A stretch of DNA of 64,000 nucleotides from Antedon mediterranea (Eukaryota > Animalia > Echinodermata). Positions 13,196 through 26,279 of this stretch are shown here, in pieces. Both the position numbers and the translations under genes were made by a program. Location: positions 13,330,001 to 13,394,000 of the forward strand of contig NC_092672.1 of NCBI RefSeq assembly GCF_964355755.1. The letters run 5' to 3'. Under the pieces are notes generated by a model that saw only the letters and a list, made by a program, of their open reading frames with translations, searched no databases and had not been told where the DNA came from. Each line of letters starts with the position of its first letter. The first letter of the stretch is position 1.

Positions 13196-14377
13196 AATAT
13201 TGGAAATCAATTGTAATTGTATGCTGAAATTGGAAAAAGTGAACATTTTATGCCTGTTTACTTGTTGAATTGATATAATAATAGTAATCGTCTTTTCATC
13301 CATTATTTATTTTTATAATCTCTTTATTTGAAGAAAACATTTTTAGGTATCTCATAATATGTCAAAGTATTTTTTGAAAGAACAGCATGCAATCCAAGAA
13401 ACTCATTTATTCATTTGACCGTACATAGTAAGGTCGTTTTTTAAAATCTGATTTGTATACACATTTTTTAGCAACATTGTATTTATACTCGGAATTTTAT
13501 AAATCAAATCAGTTGTAGTTTCTTATTTATGATTTTGTTTAAAATCTCATTTTACACATTAAAATAAGTAAACTTACAGATGATTTTATATCCTATTATA
13601 AAAGTCATAAATGCCAAAATAGGTAGTCCTAGATTTGTTTGTTTTTTTTTCACTTTTTTTTAAAGATGTTATGCCAAAACAGATGTAGGCTACGGCGTAG
13701 TTAATAGTGTCTTAACTTTTTTACATTAAAAAAAGTTATAATTGTACCAAAATAAATGACATAAAAATCATGTCTGAATACAAACAAATATTTGTATCTT
13801 TTAAAACAAAGTCACTCTTGTTACAGTTCATAATATAAATGTGTAATCCAGCATAATAAAAAAGGAAAACATTGAAACTACTTTTACTATTACGGTACTA
13901 AAAAGGTCAATCATATACTCACACTGTATATTGAAATAAAATAATGGATTACATACATTCATTGGCAAGAACAAGCCACCTTAAGCATACTGCACTTTGT
14001 TAGTTCTTTGGAAGACTTAATTACTGTTTATTTTTCATTTGTTTTCTATCATTATTTAATAAACTTTCTATAATTTTCTCAAATTTCACACATGATTGTC
14101 ATAAATCATCGAACAAATCAATTTTGGTTCAGAAGGTTATATTTCAACCGAACTGATTTTTATATTTTAAATGAATTACATCAAGTGGGGTGATTTTGTT
14201 GGATTGGAAAGCCACTTCTTCAATTTAATTCTGGAAATCGAATAAACAAATAATAATAGCATTGCATGAGGTGGGAACTTTAACCTCTCTAAGGTAAATT
14301 TCGTTTGAGGTTATGTAACTGTTAACTAATGATACAAATAGTTGTTAGGAATACAATTTTATCCATTTGGCTATTCA

Positions 14378-17300
14378 TCAAAACCAACTCTGTTGCTGTC
14401 TATTAATTGTATGCTTTTCAACGCTTTTATTTTGTAATTGTTTTTCCTTTCCGGTGGAATTTCCAGAAGAATATTTTTGTTGATTATGACTAGAAATATC
14501 TGATATTGGAGAAGCTAATGGGGTTCCTGGAATTAACACTAATTCATGTTCTTCTATATCATTTGTGTACCTTGAAGCAGGACGTACAACATCCTTTGTT
14601 TTTTTAAAGTTTGTATTGGCTAACATCTTTTTTACACGTTCAGAGTCGGCCTCTGCGGTTTGTTCACTTTCAATGTGTAACTGTGTTAAGATATTCTCTG
14701 ATCTACCAACATGTATTGAAGGTAAAATTGAACCACTTTCAAGAGATTTCTCTGGATTGTTGGATCTACCTTTGACTAATTTATTTGAATTCGGTCGTAT
14801 CGTATCTTTATGTTTAAATTCATTCAACTCAATAGTTTCGTTATAACCAAGTTCAGTTTGGACTAGGTCATTAGTGACTGGTCGCGTGAAAGTGTATCGA
14901 TTGATTGGAACGTGGCTTGATTGAGTTGCAATCGTGATTGTTTCATCTAATGCCATTACTTGAGGAATGAAAGACTTTGATGGCCCAATACGTGTCCTCT
15001 CTTGTTTTGCTCTTCTCAACCTTGTTTTTGCTACCTTTATTTCACCTTTTTTAGTTTTGCTTTGGTTTTCAGGCAAATCAATAACAACATCTTGCGGAGT
15101 GTCCTGAACTTGTTCGATATTGCTTTTAGTCCAACTTTTTTCTTTTGTTTTTCTTTCTTTCAAAATAGTTTTGTTTGTTTTTTTCTGAAACATAAAAGAA
15201 TTTGGTGCATTATCTCTTATGTCCACAACATACCCTGGTTTATGAGAGCCAAATTTTGAATTGTTTGATTTTGTTTTCAGTTCCTCTCCTCCTGTTCGAA
15301 AGTTATCGTCTTCCTCTTCCATATCTACAATAGTAATATTTGGAGAACTATGACTGCCAGGAAGCACCTTAACATGCAATAGTTCATCTCCAGTAGAATG
15401 TGGCAGATTTATTTCCTGCATCTCAATTGTTGTAAACTCAGGATTACTCTTGCTAAGAAAAGTAGTCTTTGGTCCAGTATCCATAGTACGAATTTCTTCC
15501 AGTATTTCAGAAATATTTTCTGTAGGTTCTGGAATGTTCACAACAATTGAAGGAATACTGTCCGTGGAATGGCACCTCACAGCTTTTAAATCATTATCAC
15601 TTGTTGCTCTTCTAGTGTCTGTTTCCACTAGCAGACTTTGCTTAGATTTAGTTCTCATGTTAGGATTACTAGTAGTAAGATTCCTATACATGCCTTCTGG
15701 ACAAACGAGCAAGTCTTTAGGATCATAAGCATGAACATTATCTGGCATACAGATATTGATACAAGGATGCAATGGAAATTTCTCTTTTATAAGTTTCTTC
15801 ACTGCTTCTTTTAAAGTGATTTGAATACTTGCAATAACAAAACTACGTCCATATTTTTGCTTTGCACACACATCAAGGTGTACAACTCTATTTTCCACAA
15901 TTTCCTTTGTTATATTCTGGTATTCAAGTGCTTTTGAAAACTTAAATGTACATGGTAAAAATGTTGCTTTGAAGCTTTCTTTGTGACCTTTTCTTTTTAA
16001 TGTTAGCAGAGTTTGGTTCCACATTTTATCTCCTAAAAGATGTTCTTCTGTTCGACGTTTGCTATCACCTTTCTTATCTGGAAGTAGCTGACTTCGTATA
16101 CAAATACGATTAACAGTTGATGCTTCCACTAAAATAGAAAAACATACATTGTATCTTTTAATTTATTCAACACTGTTTCATTCAGTACAATTAAAACCGA
16201 AATACATTTAGTGAAACATGTACAGTTGAACCTGCCTGTGTGGACACCTCACATAACAGGCATTCTTAAAAGTCCATTTCTTTTCCTTTCTTTTTTTTAA
16301 TCTGTACAATCAGTACCTCTCGTATTAGTTGAAACCAATATTCTACATAATTTAAGCAGTGGAGTACTCTGTTACAGGCACAAGAACAACTCTAATATTA
16401 TTTAAATATTTAATTATCAATTCACTGGATTTGACATAGGTTTTTACCTGGTGGCAACAGTAAGTCTTGCAACATCCAAACACGAATTTTAAACATCTTG
16501 CTTTTAGAGTTATACTCAAATGATAACTGAAGATGACCAGATGCTTTTAAAAAAAAGTGTTAAACATTAAGATGTAATCTCTTTGAAAATATGTATGCAA
16601 GATTTGGGCATACTGTATCTGAACATTAATTCATGAATTCAGAATGAGTGTTGCTCCACCATAACACTCACGATTTACAGCATCAATCAATTAAATTTAA
16701 ATATAAAATGAAAGCCCATAGTTGTCTGCATACAAATCATAAGATTCCGAGTTTTATGGCTACTTACTAAAGGGCCTACTTTCTTTTCTTCACTGAATTC
16801 TCTTATTATTGTTATTATTATTGACATAATATACTGTACTAATATTAAAGACCCCTTCCCTACAATTTGTGACGTTTTGTAAAAATAATACATAAATATT
16901 ACTTTAAAAACATTAAACCAGGTCATTCCTTGTCTTAAATAATACGTTTTATGGTAAATTATGATAAAAAGTGAGAAACAATGCACTACCTAAGTAGCTC
17001 GCGGCGAATGACCTCTCATGGACGGTCTTTAGGCCTAGCCTAGCTAGGCTTAGTTTTGTAGGCCTAGCTGGAAAACATCGGTAACGTACGATCATCGTAC
17101 GCTAGCTATATACCTAGCCTGACGTTGTATAGTTGCTGCATTAATTGTCTTTCTATTTTTGCCAGACTCCGTTGATACAAATTGGGGAAAACCCGGTATT
17201 TTAGCTGAAAAGTTAGGAGTCTTCCATTTGTTTTCGCTTCACGATCGATCGAAAAGTGGGTGAATTACAGAAGAAAAACAAAAATATCAATCCGCGCGCA

Positions 17301-18656
17301 ATACATTTTGAGATTTATAGCGGGCCGCTATAATCCTTAGAATCGGCTTATTTTTCACATTTTTAACCGTTTAAAGACGAAACAAGTTATCACAACAGGA
17401 CCATATACTGTAGTATTATTGTTACGTTAAATATAGTTTGTGATCTTAAATTAGATCTAAAAAACGTAGGAAAGGGGTCTTTAAATAAGAGAACTAATAT
17501 TTAAGTGAGTTGGCATAATTATTTGCCGTTATATTATTTTTAAACAATTGCATACATACAATGAATTAGTGAGTTTTCCTCTGGTAATTCTTTCTCCCAT
17601 GCCTTTGGAAGTTTCTTGACAGATTCATCATTTTTTTCAGGAATATTTTCTTCAACATTTTGTTTGTTTTCAGCAGTTGCAAATCTTGTTTTGATATTAC
17701 TTTCTGCAAGATCTTTGATACCTGAAAAATTAGTGATAAACATTTTTTATATTTACATATAAATTTAATTTTTCTTTCTCAAATTTATGTTTGTGTGATT
17801 AAAGTTCCAGAAGACAATTTTGTTTTCCACTTACGCCAGTTATCTAACAGGTCATAACATTTTCCAACAGCAACGTCTAGGCTGGTATGACCATTGTTAT
17901 CTTGTAGATCATATAGGCCACCATGATCAAGTAAGGCTTGTAAACATTCAACGTTACCTTCTTTAGCTGCATAGTGCACTGCGGTAGAACCGAGAAGTTT
18001 GTCTTTTGCATTTGCGTTTCCTGCGGAGAAAGGTATCTTTTGTTTGTATTAAACTAAATTAAATGACTGTAGTACAATGTAGTTGAAAAGAAGTTTGTCT
18101 TTTTAAAATAAAAATTAAGACAAAGCAGGGAATTGTGTACTGTGTTGCGATCATGGTAGATGTTGTACTATGGCTAAGTTAATTAAGGAAACTTTAATTA
18201 CATATTTTATTAGCTTTATAACAATTTATTATGATTGAACGGTATGCTATTTGCTAAAACACTCCTAAAAGTAGTACTATCATTATAACATTGAGAGAAA
18301 TCATGTAATTTAATTCAACATAATTTCAATTGCCATATTTTGAGATACAGTATTATAATCATTATTATGTTTTTATCAAACTGCCTCTCAAGGTTCTGTC
18401 TTAAAATGTCTGTTGTATGTAGGCTTAGACCTACTGCTGTGTTAGCACACACAAAAGTTGCCTCTGTACCTTTGTTCTGTAATAGTATTTGTAAAATTTC
18501 TAAATCTCCATTGCATGCAGCCTCTTGAACTGGAGTCCATTGTAAGAAACCAATTGCATTTGGATCAAAGCCATCTGCAAGAGCCTCAATGACAACATTT
18601 GTATCCCCATAGCGAACAGCCTCATGCAGCTTGCTATCTTCCATCTCCTCCTCCAT
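14378..18656 (-). CDS. Ankyrin-repeat + C2-domain protein, ~793 aa; exons 18470-18656, 17835-18020, 17560-17721, 16448-16543, 14378-16128
   Basis: All introns are GT-AG and phase 1; total 2382 nt, in frame. ANK motifs: 'LHEAVRYGD', 'TPVQEAACNGDLEILQILL', 'TAVHYAAKEGNVECLQALLDHG', 'GHTSLDVA'. C2-like segment: 'GHLQLSFEYNSKSKMFKIRVWMLQDL...IRSQLLPDKKGDSKRRT...RVVHLDVCAKQKYGRSFVIASIQITL'. The tail is low-complexity. Confidence 0.8.
16849..17480. mobile_element. Non-autonomous Kolobok-like DNA transposon in an intron of the ANK-C2 gene
   Basis: TIRs AGACCCCTTCCCTAC / GTAGGAAAGGGGTCT, with TTAA on both sides (16845-16848, 17481-17484). 5'-RR termini with a TTAA TSD match Kolobok. Confidence 0.7.
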
Positions 18657-19679
18657 TTTGCAGTTACTGTTTTCATTTTACAGTGAATTCAAATTGAAAA
18701 CCTGTAATTGGAAATAAAACTTATTAAAGACCATAAAGAAAGATGATGTACATAAAAATAGGATAAAAATCATAATTGTTTCATTTAAATCTTTAAAAAA
18801 TGTTAAATATGAAAAGAGCTAGCCTAGGTCTATGCCTTTTTGAATAAATTATTAAAACAAACACACCACTAAACATTTAATGTACACATGATGGACAAAT
18901 ATTTGTACTATTTCGCCAAATGAATTAATGAAATCAATTATTATTTTTAGTAATAAATAGTAGGCCTATACGAAAGTGTATTTCTACCAAGTGAACAAGA
19001 AATTAATAACAATAATAAGAAGATACTGTAATTATCTCGTAATGGCTTCTAGGCTAGGCCTGACAACTGAAGTAGTAAGGCCTAGTAAGTAGTAGTAGTA
19101 GGCCTAGTAGGCCTTTAGCTAGCCTAGTGTAATTTATTTAACTGACAACAAATTCTGACAGAAATGTAACAACTGGATGATTAATTTGTTTAACATTAAA
19201 AATAACGGCCTCCCTCACCTGAAATTTAGTCAGAGTTGAAGCAATTAACAAACAAAGCTAGGCCTACAGTAGCTAGGCCTAAGCCCTACTACATTATATA
19301 CATTTAGGCCTAGCCTAGGCCTCATATAGCCTCTAGTATCCTAAGAGGGCCTCCTAGGTAGGAGGCCTAGAGGCCTAGCCTAGCAGCAGTAGCCATGTCC
19401 TTCTTCCTAACCTCGCGGCCTAGCTAGTAACTACACGGCGAAATATAATTTTAAATTACGTTTATCTTACGTTTCACACATTCAACTAAGTTATGCTTCA
19501 TGGCTAACTTAATCTACGGGGCCTAGGCCAATATTGGGCCCCATTTAAATGAGTAATCACACATCATAGAGAAAACTCTGTTTTATCGCGCATGACATTC
19601 GCATGTATTGTTTTGATTATGACGATCTTGTTACCAGGTTATACTGAGCATGCGTAGGCTAGCTCAGGCAGGTGGTATA

Positions 19680-20482
19680 TGTTATGCGCGATTTGAACGA
19701 TTTGCGCAATTTGAAATTGCGCAAAAAAAATCCTTGCGCAATTTGAATTGAAACATGTGTTTCAAATTGCGCAAGCAACGTATTAAATTGCGCAAGTAAT
19801 CTGCAAATTGCGCAAGGTTTTTCGATAGATTGTGAAATCATGCACACCCATATTTTTATAGTAATTTCTAAGAATGATTCAAAATTAAAGATAAATATCG
19901 CATTTCCTTATTTTAGTAGTGCAAATATTGTTATAAGTTAGCATACCGTCGAAGAACCGACGAAGGAAAACGAAGCGGTGGTGTTCCACCAGGCGGGCGC
20001 GGCGCGGGCGGCCGGCTATACTACTCTAGCCTAGCTAGGGTCTGGACTACTGATACTGACTAGGTTACATGGCCTAGCTTAAACTAATATTAAAAACTTA
20101 AAAAGTGAGTATTAAACATTATCTTCATTGAAATGGTCTTATTTATATAATAAAAATAATACTAAATTTTAAACTCCTCTGCCTAGGCCTAGCCTAGCCA
20201 TGTATGGGAAAATTTACAGTTCGTTTTCAAATTGCGCAAAGGTGTCATATTGCGCAAGAACTATCTTGCGCAATTTACAAATTGTGCAGCGCAATTTAAA
20301 ATTGCGCAAAGATTTTCTTGCGCAATTTGAAATTGCGCAAGTTGATTGCGCAATTTGAAATTGCGCAAAAAAATCCTTGCGCAATTTAAAATTGCGCAAG
20401 AATTCTTTGCGCAATTTCAAATTGCGCAAGGATTTTTTTGCGCAATTTCAAATTGCGCAAATCGTTCAAATCGCGCATAACA
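19680..20482. mobile_element. Ginger-like non-autonomous element (TGT...ACA, 4-bp TSD) rich in TTGCGCAA
   Basis: Long TIR starting TGTTATGCGCGATTTGAACGATTTGCGCAATTTGAAATTGCGCAA; TATA on both sides. A second copy is at 25415. Confidence 0.7.
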
Positions 20483-20591
20483 TATATATCTCTGGAACGT
20501 TAAAAACACAGCGGGTGTTCGTTTATTTTTTAGGGTGTAATATAATAGAGACACGTTTCGCGCTCGCGAGGTCACCGTCAGTTTGACCTTT

Positions 20592-23500
20592 TAGTGGGTA
20601 TACAATATGGTAAACAAACACAGTGAGAGGTATGTTAAAGCATGGGAGAACTGAGAGATGATCATCTTAAAAAGCAATCGTCAAAACGGATTACGGTCGA
20701 AGCGGCCGCCAACCAAAGCGGCCGCTAGTTCAATAACGGTAATTTGTATGGAACGCCGTGTGCGCTTTGATTGTCGTTGTTTTGTCATTTTTGATTGTCA
20801 TTGTTTCGATCGTCAGGTTTTCTTTTCCTCGGACGTAAATAACAACTTACATTATTAATATTATGTAATATATTCTCTTTTTTGACAGATTGAATGTGAT
20901 ACCTTCTTTTAAACGAAATGGCGAATCGATGATTACTTACTTTAACTGTTCTAAATGATATACAGTTAACAGTATATGTTTAATAAAGTCATTAAAAAAC
21001 ATTGTGGTGTTTTTATTGTATAATATATAATATGCCAATTATTAAGAATAATATATATATTTTTTCAATAAAATATATCAAATCAAAATATATATATTTG
21101 TTATTGTATATTAATATATTAGTAAAGTAACTACTGTAAGTAGTACGTGTTCGCAAACATAATTTAATTACAATAACATGATGACATCAATTTATTTATT
21201 TAATATCCTAAATTGTTTTATACCTTCAGATATATAAATATTGATCAATTTAAAATTAGTTTTAAATACTAAAATAAGACGCAAGTGCCTGTACGGTACG
21301 GTAATTAATTACGTGAATTTCTGCTAATAACTCGACTGGCGGCCGGCCAGGAATAGTGCTGTAGAAGGTCGCGTTTTCGTCTTCACGTTGCTTCATTGAA
21401 AACACAAACAATGTATTACAATGGAATAACACTTAAATGTATAACACACCCTACTACTAATAATAAATAAAAACCAAGATTCGATAGTACAGTGTAAACG
21501 AGATATACAAATTCGGCAATACCGTACGTAACTTATTATTGCAATACTGTATGAAGATTCGATAGTATGTAAATGAGATATAAATATTCGGCAATACCGT
21601 ACGTAAATTATTAATGCAATACTGTAAAGATTCGATGTAAATTAATGAGATATAAATATTCGGCAATACCGTACGTAACTTATTATTGCAATACTGTATA
21701 AAGATTCGATGTAAATGAGATATAAAGATTCGGCAATACCGTACGTAAATTATTAATGCAATACTGTAAAGATTCGATGTAAATGAGATATAAATATTCG
21801 GCAATACCGTACGTAAATTATTATTGCAATACTGTATAAAGATTCGATGTAAATGAGATATAAAGATTCGGCAATACCGTACATTATTAATGCAATACTG
21901 TATAAAAATTTGGTGTAAATTAGATATAAATATTCGGCAATAACGTACGTAATTTATTATTGCAATACTGTATAAAGATTTGATGTAAATGAGATATAAA
22001 GATTCGGCAATACCGTACGTAAATTATTAATGCAGTACTGTATAAAGATTCGATAGTATGTAAATGAGATATAAATATTCGGCAATACCGTACGTAAATT
22101 ATTAATGCAATACTGTATAAAGACTCGATAGTATGTAAATGAGATATAAAGATTCGGCAATACCTTAATAGTACGTAAATTATTATTGCAATACTGTAAA
22201 AAGATTCTATGAGATACAAGGATTCAGCAATACCGTACGTAAATTATTAATGCAATACTGTATAAGGATTCGATAGTATGTAAATGAGATATAAATATTC
22301 GGCAATACCGTACGTAAATTATTATATTGCAATACTGTAAAAAGATTCGATAGTATGTAATAATGAGATATAAAGATTCGGCAATACCATACGTAAATTA
22401 TTATTGCAATACTGTATGAAGATTCGATAGTATGTAAATGAGATATAAATATTCGGCAATACCGTACGTAAATTATTATATTGCAATACTGTAAAAAGAT
22501 TCGATAGTATGTAAATGAGATATAAAGATTCGGCAATACCGTACGTAAATTATTATTGCAATACTGTATGAAGATTCGATAGTATGTAAATGAGATATAA
22601 ATATTCGCCAATACCGTACGTAAATTATTAATGCAATACTGTATAAAGATTCGATAGGAGAGTGCTCAAGAAACGTCGGGTCAAGAGGATAAAATAAACA
22701 AATAAATAAATAGTACGTAATAAATGAGACATATAGGTTCAATAGTATGTAGATTATGATGCAAACGTAAATTATTAATGATTCGATAATATATAATGTA
22801 AATATATTTAGTTAGTTATTAATATTAAAATACAAATAAAATATACATTGATTTATCCGCAGGCAAACTTAATTATTATAGAAATATAAAGATTCGATAG
22901 TACATGATTTGGCTTATATTTATTGGTTTGACCATACACACAGCTGTAACTCAACTCGCCATAGGCCATGGCGTTGACAACGACAATCAAAGATTAAAGC
23001 GCACATGGCGTTCCATACAAATGACGATATTAAACTGGCGTGGCGGCCGCTTCGACGTCGACCATACTCCGTCAAAACTAGCCTTTTGATGGAATGGCAT
23101 GGTAAGGATGTTATTTATTTTCTAAACTTATGTTTTATATTCACTGTAGAATTATTTGGGCATTTGGTTCGGAATCATCGACTTTATTTATGTATTGTCA
23201 TTTTTGGTTTGACACATAGGCCTAGCCTAGGCCTAGGCCTAGCCTAGGCCTAGCCCTAGCCCTATCTATTATTATTATATATAGCCTAGGCCTAGCCTAG
23301 GGCTAGAGGCCTACTAGGCTAGGCCCTAACTAGGCCTATATTTAATATACGGTGCATTTAATACATGTTAACTGTTGATTTTATTTACAAATGTTGCGTA
23401 AATATATTAATTATTATCTTTCATTCTTCTTCATGCTCTTATTGCATCTTCCATGTATTATGTGATGTTCTTCGGCGCTTAAACAGACACCCAAGCCTCC

Positions 23501-23853
23501 TAAACTAGGCCTAGCTAGGTAGACGAAGTACCGCATCAGGCAACGCCACCGGGCGGGCGGAGAGACACGAGCACATCGTGGACGTACCTTTCCTTGAAAA
23601 TTTTTCAAGATTTTGCGCCACTATCCTTCGGAGCCGACGCAAACCACTCAGCAAGTGTTTGAAAATTAAAAACAGGAATATTATTCAGTGATTTTGTGTA
23701 GTTAAATTCACGATTTATCCAACATATACAACATTTATGATGCACCTTGTCCTTGGCCCTTGCAACAAAAGCACTCGGCAGTTGCCATTTCGCTATGCTT
23801 CGACACGCACTAGGCGAGAGGTATTCGGTTTGTTTACAAATCTATACCCACTA
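20592..23853. mobile_element. Academ-like non-autonomous element carrying a tandem array
   Basis: Imperfect TIRs TAGTGGGTATAC..GTAAACAAAC / GTTTGTTTAC..TATACCCACTA, TTT on both sides, TAG...CTA termini. An extra internal inverted pair lies at ~20690-20780 and ~22975-23070. Confidence 0.55.
21478..22657. repeat. ~70-75 bp tandem array, ~16 copies
   Basis: Unit GATTCGAT(AGTAT)GTAAATGAGATATAAA(G/T)ATTCGGCAATACCGTACGTAAATTATT(A)ATGCAATACTGTATAAA. Confidence 0.95.
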
Positions 23854-24495
23854 TTTCTGATTATGCTGTGGGTATAGTGGCTGGATCTCAATGGAGATAC
23901 AACAAGGCCATATAGATGGCTGCAGTCGCGTGCTTAGTGTTTACCGACCGACCTACCAACTGACCGAAATTACTGAACATGTTGAAATGTTTAAAAACAG
24001 TTATATTTTTTTAATTTACACGTGCGTAGCCTGTCACTTTTGACGTGCTCGTATAACGTAATTTCGAGTTGAAAAGTAAGTCAAGAAAACAGAAATCGGG
24101 CAAAAAGAGTGCGCAATAACATTTAACGTGCAGTGCGCACGCAAAAATCTGCGCACTCATGGCAATTTTGTAAAAGCTTAAAATTTCCTGAAACGTACTC
24201 TTATTTCATCGAAAATAAATTTTGAAAATTTTAAGCGCGCGTACGCATGCGTTTCATGCGCTACGCACGTAATTGTATTGCCATATGATGATTTATGCCC
24301 TGAAATTTATGAGTACCAAATTTTATTTAATTGTGATTCATGGTTGTGAAGATTACAAACGTGATTTCGTTAAATCGTGCGTAGACCGCGTAATTTTTTA
24401 TTGCGCACCGTGAAAACATAACCACGTCGATTCCTGGCCATAAGGAATATACTGTGAAAAATTGACTTAGCTAGATTAAACTGATATCAAGATAA

Positions 24496-26279
24496 CAGGG
24501 CTCGATTTAGTGCTAGCCCGGCGTACAATGGCTAGTAAAAACAGCTCCGGGCTACCTAAAGTATCTTCCTTTAAGCCCGGATGGCTAGTAGGTTGTGGGA
24601 ACTCGAAATTGGGACGAAATGACCTCATAAAAATAACTCCAGCATTAAAGACATATGTCTTGGCAACATCAGCAAAAAAACCACTCGCGCGCTGCTGTGG
24701 CCATAACAAGTGATGATGTAGGCGGAGCCTCTCATAATCAAGCAAATTTTCCGAATTATGATTGGCCATTTATGTTTTTGTCACCCAGGTTATTGTGAAG
24801 TAGGCGGAGCTTCATTATCAGGTCAAACGTGTCACAAAAATATGACCATAAATAACGAACTGTGATTGGCCAAATGTAGTAGAATTTTGTCAATGTTAAA
24901 AATAACTTGTCTAGTCTTGTCAGGCCTGGTTGTCACAGATCAAAGCTAGGGATATTTTGTAGGGCCGGGTGGCTGGCTCTATCCCTGTAGGTAGGCCATG
25001 GAGGCCATATTTTATAATATGCGTAGGCCTAGATAGAATCAAAAGCCATCGTTTGGCATCGTGATGGCTGCTCAGCAGCTAGGCCTAGCTAGATACTACC
25101 ATTTTGGTAACAGTTGAGTAGAGTAGGCCAGGTGCTCCAATGCGATCTAGCTAGGCTAGGTAGGCCTACGTCTATCCTAGCTACCCTACTATAAATAATA
25201 GGCTCTCTAGGCCTAGCCTAAGGTAGACAGAATCTAATTAGTTTTCTTGGCTAGGTTGAAGCCCAACAACAAAAAGACCTCAATAAATCGATTCTGTGAA
25301 TATGGTGAGCATGAAATAGACTATGCGTCGCGACGCAAAGTTAATTTTTATAATGTGAACAATAAAGAAATACAATTTTGTGTAATTTTTCATGCAATAA
25401 TAGTTTAATAGAGTTGTTATGCGCGATTTGAACGATTTGCGCAATTTGAAATTGCGCAAGGATTTTCTTGCGCAATTTTAAATTGAAACATGTGTTTCAA
25501 ATTGCGCAAGCAACGTATTAAATTGCGCAAGTAATCTGCAAATTGCGCAAGGTTTTTTGACAGATTGTGAAATCATGCACACCCATATTTTGTTAGTAAT
25601 TTCTAAGAATGATTCAAAATTAAAGATAATATCGCATTTCCTTACCCTCCCGGGAGCCTCCCTCCCGAATTTTTTTTGACGAATAAAAAAAATCTCGAAT
25701 TCCCAATGGTTCTATAAAATACCATATTCACACATAATATGAGGAGAAGGCATAAATAAATACCAATAGTAATATAATAATTTCAATTCAAATATCAGTA
25801 CTAATGACGATTAATAAGACTAATAACGATTGGATTTTTTTTAGAAACAATAATTATTACGAATTATTAGACGTTTACTATTTAACTTAAAAATTAAATT
25901 TAATGACAAAAAAGATTGACCTTTCGGTACCATTTTCAACAACAAATGAGTACAATAATAAAATTAACAAACAGTTAGAACTATCTTGCGCAATTTACAA
26001 ATTGTGCAGCGCAATTTGAAATTGCGCAAGAATTCTTTGCGCAATTTTAAATTGCGCAAATCGCGCATAACACAGTATTTATGTAAATGTTTAGCAATTC
26101 TCGAGCGTTTAGATTAGTGCGCCCTCTATTGTACAAAATGCCTGAATTCATTTATATGGCGGCCCTGCTATCACGGTGCGATAATAAGAGTGGGCTAGTA
26201 AAATAATGTATGGGCTAGTGAAATCTACAGTGAACTAGCCCAGTGGGCTAGCAACATGAAAAAGATAAATCGAGCCCTG
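24496..26279. mobile_element. Non-autonomous hAT-like element with a 5-bp TSD (hAT5-type)
   Basis: 14-bp perfect TIR CAGGGCTCGATTTA / TAAATCGAGCCCTG; direct repeat GATAA at 24491-24495 and 26280-26284; sub-terminal GGCTAG/CTAGCCC repeats. Confidence 0.8.
25415..26072. mobile_element. Ginger-like TTGCGCAA element, copy 2 (nested)
   Basis: Same termini, TGTTATGCGCGATTT...AAATCGCGCATAACA; flanks GAGT/CAGT. The first ~230 bp are nearly identical to the 19680 copy, and the middle differs. Confidence 0.75.

Noticed and set aside
14565-15728. Plus-strand ORFs of 85-93 aa
   Set aside because: Antisense shadows of the large ANK-C2 exon.
19659-20586. ORFs with 'LRNFKLRK' repeats
   Set aside because: Translations of TTGCGCAA transposon repeats.
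21457-22742. Several 67-134 aa ORFs and a CRISPR-like look
   Set aside because: These are translations of a tandem repeat. There are no unique spacers or cas genes, and the context is eukaryotic.
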